A stretch of DNA of 64,000 nucleotides, from positions 22,630,001 to 22,694,000 of the forward strand of contig NC_073404.1 in assembly GCF_028641065.1 (NCBI RefSeq), in the 5' to 3' direction. The stretch comes from Leucoraja erinacea. Its lineage: Eukaryota. This document shows positions 11,905-23,700 of the stretch, piece by piece. Each line of letters starts with the position of its first letter. Position 1 is the first letter of the stretch. The position numbers were made by a program, and so were the translations under genes. The notes under the pieces were generated by a model, which was given only the letters and a program-made list of their open reading frames with translations, was not told the origin of the DNA and made no database searches.

Positions 11905-12200
11905 TTTAGTGTGATTATTTGAGTTTGTCTGGGTCTTAATGTACTTTTAAACAATTGTCCCTTCACGCCACAATTATTGCAACCAGAACCTTTGTGTGTG
12001 CAGCCATCAGCTTGATATAACTTGCCACCACAGTGATGACATCTTCCCCTCTGGTTGTTCTTCCCCTTTCTCAAGGATGCTGGGGGCAATCGTATTAGCA
12101 CTCTGGGCCTTTGCTTGGTGATAATGATCCTGTGCTTGCTGTACTGCAGTCGCCGTTACTTGGGCAATATCAAATGTCTGCCTGACATCCACAGATCAGC
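11905..12200 (-). mobile_element. Gypsy-type LTR retrotransposon gag remnant (two degenerate zinc knuckles)
   Basis: CHHCGGKLYQADGCTHKGSGCNNCGVKGQL preceded in another frame by TFDIAQVTATAVQQA, resembling Gypsy gag C-termini. Confidence 0.6.
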
Positions 12201-12710
12201 CACTGAGACGGCTACGAAATACGCAATCCATAACCTACATCATGAATCATTTAACAATCCACATCAAACCCACTACAAATTCTTCAACGATTTCACCTAA
12301 ATGCTGATTATAGCTATTAAACTGTCATTACAGCATTATTGGACTAGTTGCAAAGTTCATCGGTATTTCTTGACACCTAGAAGTCAGAGTAAAATGTATC
12401 TCTTGCATTCTGTAAAGTCAAGGGAAATGAAAAGGGATTCTATCCTTTTTGATATTATACACGTATCATTCGATTGAACAATGGAAAGAATCTAAAGTAT
12501 CATCTTTGATCATCTGAACATACACTGTTACAGTGCAATGATGCAAATACAGAAACTTATCAGTGAAATCCAATTCAATCTTGGCAACTTTATTGCTAAA
12601 GGGGTCCAGTAAAAAACAAAACTATCTAAAAAAAAACAAGCAAAATTCCTCATGTAATCATGTTGCCGATTATGTCAGGACGTAGTACATGTGAACTGAG
12701 TGGAAACTAA

Positions 12711-13062
12711 AGGGCCTGTCCCACGAGCATGCGGCAAGCGCAACCCAACGTGGTCGCTTGAGCCATATGGCCTCGCAGGGCCGGTCCCACTTCGATCGCC
12801 GGAGCCGTATGGGGTTTTGCGGAGCTGGTCCCGACATCGCGCGGGGCTCCGAAAAACTGACACTGATGTCCAAAAATTCCACGTGGCAACGGCCTGCAGC
12901 CACATTGAGGCCGTAAGCACCGCCTCGACGCGCGTGCGCAGCATTTCGATGCCGTACATCACTCGCGAACTTCACGTCAACTCGTACGGGATCATTCGGC
13001 CTCCACGCGGCCCCCCGCTTCCGGTTTGGTCGCGCTTGCCGCATGCTCGTGGGACAGGCCCT
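12711..13062. mobile_element. PIF/Harbinger-type MITE
   Basis: TIR agggcctgtcccacgagcatgcggcaagcgc / gcgcttgccgcatgctcgtgggacaggccct; TAA and TTA flanks; CpG-rich, so young. Confidence 0.85.
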
Positions 13063-13379
13063 TTACACTGTTCAGTAGTGTTCAACCAAATATTTTCTCT
13101 GCAAGGCCACCATTTTCTTTCATTGAGGAAGTTTCCCTCAATCAGCACCTGCAGTCTCTTGTGGTGCCACCATTTTCTCATCATTCATCCACTAAAGGGA
13201 CTTGCTCCAAATATTTGAAGAGGTCTGGCCTCTCGAAGCATTACCAAATACATCCAGACCAATTGTTGTTTCAAAGATACATCCTCGACGTGCATAGAGC
13301 TGGTTAGTAGGGAATTCTCCGTGCTGACAAGTCAAACAGCAACCAAAACAAACCGAAAACCTAGTCACATCTCTCATTG

Positions 13380-13528
13380 TTTAAGAAGGAACTTCAGATG
13401 CTGGAAAATCTGGAGAAACTCAGCGGGTGCAGCAGCATCTATGGAGCGAAGGAAAAAGGCAACGTTTCGGGCCAAAACCCTTCTTCAGTCTCAAGATGGG
13501 TTTCGGCCCGAAACGTTGCATTTTTCAC
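13380..13528 (-). mobile_element. Penelope-derived hammerhead-bearing repeat with partial inverted copy and 11-bp TSD
   Basis: TSD ctctcattgtt at 13371-13381 and 13529-13539; caacgtttcgggccaaaaccc...gggtttcggcccgaaacgttg inverted arms. Confidence 0.8.
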
Positions 13529-14666
13529 CTCTCATTGTTCTCTGTGGAATCCTGTCACTCCCCAATTGTCTCCTGCATTTCTTCACTATACATCATTTTG
13601 AAGTTCCCATTAATGGATGCGTACAGTTTATTTCCCATTTTTAACTACAATCTGGGTTATTATTTTATATGGTAATTAACCATTTTATAAAATTAGATAT
13701 CCCATGAATTTATACAATTTCAAATCTTTCACATAGAAATAGGCCAAACATTCAAAAAATGTTAAAAAATATCAAAGTTCTATCATGTATTGCAATAATA
13801 CACCACATTCAAGCTCCTCATACAAGGTCCATTGTGGGCAATAGCTCATAATGCTCAGCACTTTTTTAGAACTGTGATGAGGAAGTCAGAGACCCACTGA
13901 GGGAATGATCGTACACCTGACTTCATGCTCCAACCATGGATTCACCATCAAATACCAGATCATTCCAAGCTGAAGTGGTAAATATGTTTGATATCTGGCT
14001 CTTCAGCTTTGACACCAGCCATGCAGTAAAAGGTTCAGGTTAGTTTGTTCATTTTTCTTTATTTCACATAGTTAAAATACATTAAACAGTAAATTAAAAC
14101 AAAGTTTAATTATTTTAATTTTCTTTAATTTATTTAAATCCACTTAAACAGTTCTTAAATTTCTCTATCTGCAACATTTAAAAACTGTGAAAATGCCTGA
14201 CAGCAGCTCGCTACCAAAACTCACCAGGACAGTGCTACGTTCTCCTGCCCAAAGCCTGGTCGTGACTTGCAGCCCTGCTTCCCTTCACAGAAAGGCTGCA
14301 GAGTGGAGCAGCCCCAGTCTGACCCATCTTAAGGGTTCTGCAGCAGGAAGGAAGAGCATGGGCCACATGTCTGGACAAAGGGTGCGATCAAACCCTGTAT
14401 CTAAGTCAATGGGATCTGTGCATTGTTGCTGCAGATCTAGTTACAACTGGTTGCAATGGAAAATAACAATTCTGTAAACCTGTCTACTGGACAAAATACC
14501 TATTTTTGTCCTGACAAATCACGCTGCCACTATGTCTCCTGGCCCCTACTACATTCCATGCTGTTCAGTCTCTGACCGATCAGAAGGCTGAAGACGGAGG
14601 CATCATATGCTCATTAACTAAAACACAATTGATCACAGCTGTCACTTGGAAATGGCTTTGTTATTT

Positions 14667-15232
14667 AAGGCAGACAAAAATGCCGGAGAAACTCGGCGGG
14701 TGAGGCAGCATCTATGAAGCGAAGGAAATAGGCAACGTTTCGGGTCGAAACCCTTCTTCAATGATGTGAGGGGGGGGGGGGGGGGGGGGAAGAAAGGAAG
14801 AGGAGGAGCCAGTGGGCTGAGGGAGAGTAGAGAAGATACGAGGTGCTGCTCCTCCAATTTATGGTGGTCCTCACTCTGGCCATGGAGGAGGCCCAGGACA
14901 GAGAGGTCGGATTCGGAATGGGATGGGGTGTTGAAGTGCTGAGCCACCGGGAGATCAGTTTGGTTATTGCGAACCGAGCGGAGGTGTTGGGCGAAGCGAT
15001 CACCAAGCCTGCACTTGGTCTCACCGAAGTAGAGCTGTTGACATCCAGAGCAGCGGATGCAATAGATGAGGTTGGAGAAGGTGCAGGTGAACCTCTGCCG
15101 CACCTGGAAAGACTGCTTGGGTCCTTGAATGGAGTCATGGGGGGAGGTAAAGCGACTAGTGTAGCATTTCTTGCGGTTGCAAGGGGAAGTGCCCGGAGAG
15201 TGGTTCAGGTGGAAAGGGACGAATTGAGTGAA
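14667..15232 (-). mobile_element. Penelope-like retroelement 3' fragment: GIY-YIG endonuclease plus terminal repeat
   Basis: NLIYCIRC...LYFGET..RLGDRFAQH..PVAQHFN (GIY-YIG), followed by the gaagaagggtttcgacccgaaacgttgcc repeat. Confidence 0.9.
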
Positions 15233-15649
15233 ATGATTTGTGTTTCCATCTGCTATTATCCCAAATAATAATTAATGCTGTAGGAAGAAACATGACTAGA
15301 AACACTGCCTCTGGTATAATAAAGCCTTATTCAATTACAACTTATCATACAAGAGCATCAAAATTATAAAGGAAGCTATCCATAGTTCCAAATATAATGC
15401 AATTTGAGCACCAATTCTGGTCAGCAAAAGGACTAAACAAAAAGGGGCAACGTAAAAGATGACGACAGCTATAAAACCGATCACAGATGTACACGGTTAA
15501 ATTATTTAGAAAAGTGATACGAACGTACAAATTATTAAATTGTACGTGCATGTCACTGTGACTTAATCTGTGTCATATCTTTGAGGAAGAAGGCTGTGCA
15601 TCCAATACCCACTCCACAGACCTAGACACAAAACGTAATGTAGAAGCAA

Positions 15650-15900
15650 GGATGTGCTATATTATTGGAATTGCTATCTTTCACTTGAATGATTAACCTA
15701 AGACTCGGTTCAACTCCTCCTGTAAGAGTGTAAGAGTCCACGGCATTCTCTGGAGACCTATTACCATTCTTGGTATCTAGCCATTTTTTATCCTACAATT
15801 AACATCACCAAAGCAAATAATCTTGAAATTCTCACATTACTGTTTCCAGGAGCTTTCTGTGTACAAATTGGTTGCTAATGATTACACTTCAAAATATTTC
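15650..15900 (+). mobile_element. Deu-domain SINE remnant
   Basis: ttatcctacaattaacatcaccaaagcaaataatct...ggagctttctgtgtacaaattggttgc resembles the Deu core. Confidence 0.55.
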
Positions 15901-17340
15901 AGTGAATATAAATAGGGCTTAATTTATTTGTTTTAACCAAGCTAAAATTAAAAAAAAATCACAAGCCTACTTAGAATTTATTACTCTTTCATCGTTGATA
16001 CTTCAAATGTTGCATATAGCTTACAACACATGTAGCTTACAAGACATGTATACTGACTGCAGACCAATTCCACTTCCTTGTAGAGAGGTTATTGTAGGAG
16101 GTGCTGGTCAGTGGAATAAGAAAAGTGGGGGAGGGAGGAGTAGAAACGTGGATAGAAATACAGCAAATGGCTGACCTAGCCAACGGTATGTGTGATCACA
16201 TGAAAGAAAGGGAGATTCTTATGAAATGTATTCACTTTCTGAATTTACAATCGCAATCATGTTCCTGGCAAGAAAACCGAGTCTAAAGGGTCACATTTGG
16301 TGCAAAACCCATCCCTGGCATGTTTCAAAGGGAGCTTGCTGTAACTGCTGTGCAAGTTTAAACAAAGCGGCAGCGTAAAGTTTGAAATCTATTACTTAGA
16401 GTTAAGATTGTCCTTTTATCGCTATGTCCAAGTAGCAGGGTCCCTCTTAAAATCAAAGTAAATAACTGAAAAGCTGTACCTTATTACCAACGGAAAATTC
16501 TGTTACTTTGCTATTTTGATTTAGTTACACTCACCGAACGTTGCTCCTTCTTTGATGACTGATACTTCTAATAACCAAAATTAATTGTTTCATGGAACAC
16601 AAATATAAACTTAAGTGCTGGGCTGAAAACAAAGTTTTAAAATGTTAAGCCACATACAGGAGGAATAAAGGGGTATCATAAACCCAAATAAATGGAACAA
16701 CATTTTAGGAGGGGCGTGAAATATTTTGATTGCTATTATATAAAAAGATGCTATATGGCACCTTTAGCAATATAAACCATAGATATATATCCAGGCAATA
16801 AGGTCCCAAACCTAAATGCTCAACTAATCGGGCTTGTTAAATTTTAGCCTGACCAGTGGAGTAGTTGAGTATTTGATCATTTTATTTTATGCATGTCTCT
16901 GTGCCATTTTGCTTTTGGATTTATACAAAAATTGTGGATGGTTTCTGCATGGTTCTACATTTTGAATATTCATCACTTCAATACAAAATTAAACTCTGTA
17001 AACAATTGTTCAAAATTCCACAAAACATTGCCAGTTTCTATACGCAACACATTAGTAATACGCATTGCTGCTGTGGAACAAAACAATAAAAGACCAAGTA
17101 CAAAGTTTGAAAATGTATATATTCTCATTTATAGACATTCCGCTGCAGCCAAAACAGATTAAAATTCAGTCCTGGGCATCAATTTTGGTCGTTCTTGAGG
17201 TTCCCTTACACAGGTGGAATATAATGGCATGGGCTACGGTACCCACATAGTACAAGATATCATAAAGTGAAGTCATAGACATTCATCAGTCGAGAGACCC
17301 CAAAATCACAGGAAATGGAAGGCAACCTGGTTTGTTGCAG

Positions 17341-17797
17341 TTATTGATTTTTTGTACAAATTACATCTAATGCATTCTTCGCATCATCGATCTGCTGCTG
17401 CAACCTCTCGCGCATTGCTTCTGTTGTTGCTTTCTTTAGTCTGCCTTCCATTTCTTCAATAACTGCACGGTAACCCACCACATTGTGGAATACCCGAATA
17501 GCACGATCGCCACTGGAAACTAAGAACCTACTGTTGATGTCAAAAGCCAAGCCAACAATGTCCTCGCCGTGCACATTTAGGAATTCTTCCTCCTGCCTGC
17601 CCATCTTGGTGTTGTGCATTGTGATGTTGAAGCCATTGGAAATAGCTACCACCCTGGCATCAGGAGAAAGAGCGATTCGGCAAGAATCAGAAACATCGTA
17701 CTTCATAGTTAACAACAAGTATGGGTCTTGCTGCTGTTTGTACTGAACATCGGTGTCCCACAGCTTCCAGGTGCCATCTTTTGAAACTGTTGCCATT
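17341..17797 (-). CDS. TBL2: TBL2 exon 7 (last coding exon; MATVSKDGTWKLW...CTKNQ stop)
   Basis: AG acceptor at 17798-17799 on minus, phase 2, TAA at 17341-17343. Confidence 0.95.
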
Positions 17798-20700
17798 CTA
17801 TCCAGGAAACAAATAATGATATATTTTTGAAATAACCATAGTCTGTACTTTTGTTAAAACAATATTTTAGACCACAATCCATAGCATTAGCAATTCTGAC
17901 CAATTACTAATTTCTTTTTTTAATCATTCTTGCCCGCAAGTTAATAATTTATTAAATTAATCCAATTACCAGCTAAAATTGTGACATTTTTTGCAGCTCT
18001 TGGCACCTTAATAATCTTGCTCGAAAAGCCAAATGCAATCAACAAGTGGAAGCAGCCAAATGAAATGACACACTAAATAGTCACAACTGATATTAGTTCA
18101 CATTTATCTTTTCAAACCATATGACATTTTAGCATGCTAGGCAAATTCTCTTATCTAAAGCACGATAAAACATATTTAGGAGTCCTGTCTCCTTTGGATT
18201 TTTCATCAGTCATCTTAATGTATGTCTTCTGGTTTTCAAATCTACTACAGATGAGAACAGTTGCCTTTTGTTTACTCCAGTGGATCCTTGAAGAATGTGA
18301 ACACTCTACAAAATTTTCTCTCAACCCATTCTTTTCCAAAGTGAACACCACCAGCTTCTCCAGATTACCCATTAAATAAAGCGCCTCTTCTCTGGAACCA
18401 CTCGTGAATTGCTTCTGCACCCCAAAACTTTCACACCCGCTCCAAAGAGAAGTATTGAGAAATGGAAACAAAATTCTAGTTGTGGATTGTATGTTTTACA
18501 AAAATTCAATGCAACTTCACGACATATAGTGCCCTCGATAGTGTTTGGGACAAAGACCCATCATTTATTTATTTGCCTCTGTACTCCACAATTTGAGATT
18601 TGTAATATAAATAATTAAATGTGGTTAAAGAGCACATTGTCGGATTTTAATAAAGGCCATTTTTATACATTTTGGTTTCACCAAGTAGAAATTACAGCAG
18701 TGTTTATACATAGCCCCCCCCCCCCCCTCCCCCATTTCGGGGAACCATAATGTTTGGGACACATGGCTTCACAGGTAATTGCTCTGGTGTTTAATTGCCT
18801 CCTTAATGCAGGCACAAGAGAGCTCTCAGCACCTAATCTTTCTTCCAGTCTTTCCATCACCTTTGGAAACTTTTATTGCTGTTTATCAACATGAGGACCA
18901 AAGTTATGCCAATGAAAGTCAAAAAAGCCATTATGAAACTGAGAAACAAGAATAAAGCTGTTAGAGACATCAGCCAAACCTTAGGCTTACCAAAATCAAA
19001 TGTTAGGAACATCATTAAGAAGAAAGAGAGCACTGGTAAGCTTACTAATCGCAAAGGGACTGGCAGGCCAAGGAAGACCTCCACAGCCGATGACAGAAGA
19101 ATTCCCTCTATATTAAAGAAAAATCCCCAAACACCTGTCCGACAGATCAGAAACACTCTTCAGGAGTCAGGTGTGGATTTGTCAATGACCACCGTTCACA
19201 GAAGAATTCATGAACAGAAATACAGAGCCTACACTGCAAGATGCAAACCACTGGTTAGCCGTAAAAATAGGATGGCCGGGTTATAGTTTGCCAAGAAGTA
19301 CTTAATAGAGCAACTACAGTTCTAGAAAAATGGTCTCGTGGACAGAAGAGACGAAGTTAACATATCAGAGTGATGGCAAGAGCAGATGGAGGAGAGAAGG
19401 AACTGTTCAAGATCCAAACCATACCACCTCATCTGTGAAACACGGTGGTGGGGGTGTTATGGCCTGGGCATGTATGGCTGCTGAAGGTACTGACTCGCAT
19501 ATCTTCAATGATGATACAACTGCTGATGGTAGTAGCATAATTAAATCTGAAGTGTATAGACACATCCTACCTGCTCAAGTTCAAACAAATGCCTCAAATC
19601 TCATTGGTCGGTGATTCATTCTACAGCAAGACAATGAACCCAAATATACTGCTTAAACAAAGGAGTTTTTCAAAGCTAAGAAATGGTCAATTCTGGAGTC
19701 GCCAAGTCAATCACCCAATCTGAACCCAATTGAGCATGCCTTTTATATGCTGAAGAGAAAACTGAAGGGGACTAGCCCCCAAAACAAACATAAGCTAAAG
19801 ATGGCTGCAATACAGGCCTGGCAGAGTATCACCAGAGAAGACACCCAGCAACTGGCGATGTCCATGAATCGCAGACCTCAAGCAGTCATTGCATGCAAAG
19901 GACATGCAACAAAATACTAAATATGACTACTTTCATTTACATGACATTGCTGTGATCCAAACGTTATGGTGCCCTGAAATGTGGGTGCTATATATAAACA
20001 CTGCTGTAATTTCTACATGGAGAAACCAAAATGTATAAAAATGCTGTTATTAAAATCTGACTGTATGCACTTTGACCACATGTGGATTTTTTTTCTATTA
20101 CAAATACCAAATTGTGGAGTAGAGGTAAATAAATAAAGGATGGGTCTTTGTCCCAAACATTATGGAGGCCATTGTTCCATTTATAATGTCCAGGCTCACA
20201 TTTGCCCTTGTAATTGATTTCTCAACTTTCCTGTTATCTTCCAAGATTCATGTGCATTCACTCCACATCCCACTATATAGTTTAATCTAACATCCTGTAT
20301 CCAGATTTGGTCGCACCACTTTGTAAAAAGATCATAGAAGAGCATTTAATGACTGCAGCAAACTCAAGACACTTAAACCTGTGGAATACAAGAATAATTA
20401 GAGTCAATTAGTTTTTCTGCAGAGCACAAAACAGGCCTTTTGCACCATCAAGTGCACACTGCTTTTTTACCCACCTGCGCTGATTCTATTGGCCCACCTT
20501 AGGTCTGTATGCATCTATGCCTTACCTATTCTAGTAGCTGTCCAAATGCCTCTTAAGCCGTATTTGAATCTACCGTCTGCTCTGACAGCACATTCCCTAC
20601 TGTCTGCCTTCAAAATCCACCAACAAGTTACAGCTCGTTCAAAATGCTGCAGCTCGGCTTGTAAATACCAAGAAAAGGAAACATCTAACCTCAGTATTAT

Positions 20701-23700
20701 ACTACAGGTTCACAATCTTTTATCCGAAATTCCGAAAACCGAAAAGCTCCGAAAACCCAACATTTTTAACTGCCGGGATCAAGGCGCAAACTCGCGACCT
20801 TGCGGCCACGACCCGAGCACTGAGCCACCGCTAAAAATCTACGCTAAAAATCTTCCATTCCGAAATCCGAAAAATTCCGAAATCCGAAAAGTGTCTGGTC
20901 CCAAGGTTTTCGGATAAGAGATTGTGAACCTGTACCTTCATTGGCTCCCTGTGAGATTCAGGATAGACTATAAAGTCCTCCTTCTTGTCAAAAAGCCCCA
21001 AATGGCTTAGGGAAGGCATATTTTACAGAATCCCTCCTTCCCTAAGCCCCTACTCGAGTGCTCAGGTCTTCTGATGCCGGCCTGTTAGCCTCTCAATGCC
21101 GCAGCAATAAGAACATTGATGAAGCAGCCTTTTTCAATTATGCCCCCAAGCTGTGGAATACCCTACCCAGGGCTATGAGACATCCACTCAGTTGACATTT
21201 TTAAACGGCAGCTAAAAACTTATCTTTTCAATTCAGCTTTTAACTGACTTTACTTCTTCTGATGACATTGTAAAAAATACCTTTTTTCTCTTGTATTTAT
21301 CAGCATAGACTTCAGCAGCTTATGTGCTCATATAGTATATGGGACTCTGTATTTTACCTCAGTGTTTTTGTTTTGTATCCCTTTTACACCCTCAATTCTT
21401 TTATTTTTTAATATATTTATATAAATCTGTGCTCTTTATGTCCTTACCATTTTTAATTGTATTTTTGTTTAGACCTGGGATTTTGTGAAAAGCACTTTGG
21501 GTTGCATTCAATTGTATGAAACGTGCTATATAAATAAAGTTATTATTATTATTATTATTTTAAAAAACTTCCAATTCAGAACTTCTTTGAAACTCCTTCC
21601 TCTCATTATGCATTCTTTATTTTTAATGCCCCTACCATGGGCAATAAATTGTATCTATCCTATCTATACCTCATAAAATGTTATATACCACTACATACAT
21701 CTCTACTCAGCCTCCTCTGTCCAGGGAAATTAAGCCCAGCCTATGCAGTCTCTCCCCATAATGAAAACCTTCCAAACCTGTTGAATCACCTCTACAATCT
21801 CTCGAGCACGATTTGTCAATTAGAGTTGTGCACAATACTTCAAAGTGCGGTCTTACCAGTGTTTTGTAAAGTTGCACAATATAAAAACACAATTTCCCAA
21901 CTCTATAACTGTATGTCCTAATCTATAAATCCAAGTATGCCATATTCCTTCTTCACCACCCTGTCAACCCTTGTTGCCATTTTCCGGGAACATTCAGTTC
22001 CCTGCCATTTACTGTATACGCGTGGAGTATTGTGTGCAGTTTTGGTCTCCAAATTTGAGGAAGGACATTCTTGCTGTTGTGGGAGTGCAGTGTAAGTTCA
22101 CACAGTTAATTCCAGGGATGGCGGGACTGTCATATGCTGAGAGAATGGAGTGGCTGGGCTTGTATACTCTGGAATTTAGAAGGATGAGAGGGAATGAAAT
22201 ATACGATTATTAAGGGTTTGGACACGCTAGAGACGGGAAACATGTTCCTGATGTTGGGGGAGTCTAGAACCAGGGGCCACAGTTTAAGAATAAGGGGTAA
22301 GCCATTTAGAACAGAGATGAGGAAACATTTTTTCACACAGAAAGTTGTGAGTCTGTGGAATTCTCTGCAGTGGAAGCCGGTTCTCCGGATACTTTCAAGA
22401 GAGTGCTATATAGGGCTCCGAAAGATAGCGGAGTCAGGGGATATGGGGAGAAGGCAGGAATGGGTTACTGATTGTGGATGATCAGCCATGATCACATTGA
22501 ATGGCAGTGCTGGCTCTATGTCAATTGCATTACCTTATTAAGGTAATTGTACCTATTGTCTATTGCCTTACCCTTATTAAACTTCCCAAAATGTTTCACC
22601 TTGTTTCACCAAATGTTTCACCACAGGGTTAAATTCCACCTGGCAATGCTTCATACAACTTTCCATTTTGCTGCATCCTTTGACAAATGGCCTCACTATT
22701 CACAACACTACTAATGTTCTGTAATTATAAACTTATTAATCATACTTCCTACATTTAGAAACAAGTTGTTAATAACAAACAGGAAAGATCCCAGCACTGA
22801 TTCCTGTGGTACACTACTGGCCACAGTCAACCAAAAAGATTCCTTCAACCAGCACCCTCTGCCTCCTATTACCAAACCAACTTTGTATCCAATTTGCTCC
22901 CATTTGCATTAAGTTTCCAGATATGCCCCATGTAGGGCCCTATTAAATGTCTTACTAAAGTCCATACAGACAACATCTCGCACCCTGCCTTTGTCAATCT
23001 TCTTTAGTTAACTGCTCACAAAACTTAAACAATTTAGAGAGAATTTCTCCTCACAATGCCATACTGACTACCCCTGATCAGACCCTGCCTTTCCAATGTA
23101 TATAAATCCCATCCCTTAAAATGTTCTACAATTACCTTAAAACCGATTTAAGGCTTATTGCCCTGTGATTACCTGTCTTATCCCTGCTGCCCTTCTCGAA
23201 TAAAGTTTATTGGCTATCCTCTAGTCTTCTGGTACCTCCCATCTGTTACTAGCAAATGGTATAAAATCACCATTTGGGTCCAGTCATCTTTTCCCTTCCC
23301 ATTGCAATGTGGGAATTAGCCATCCTTATTGATTAATGGAAATACTGCAAATAATGAAGCTTTTCAACTCCATTCTTGTAAGTAAACAATAGTTATTAGG
23401 CCAAGAAAGATCTAAACAAGTTCACTTAAATTGTATGTACACAGTTCTAGATTATATATCAAGAGTTCATATAGGCCCACTTGCCTACTCGTACCGAATG
23501 AAATTAATTTTCTGCAAGAATTCAAAATATAGGTACGCTCTTAACGAAGGTCAATGTTGCAGGTCACAAAAGACAGGTCTTACCTTCTGGAGTCATTGGA
23601 GAAACTAAATGAGTAAATCCCAGCCGAATGCCCTTTTAGATCAAAGGCTCTCACGACCTCTCGGAATTCTCCTGATTTGCTAAAACAAACTTCCCAAACC

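Noticed and set aside
12670-13218. Several 95-172 aa GC-rich ORFs
   Set aside because: Arise from a CpG-rich Harbinger MITE; both strands give the same peptide start because of the TIRs
16881-16886. AATAAA on the minus strand about 455 nt past the TBL2 stop
   Set aside because: Plausible poly(A) signal but indistinguishable from chance in AT-rich sequence without transcript data
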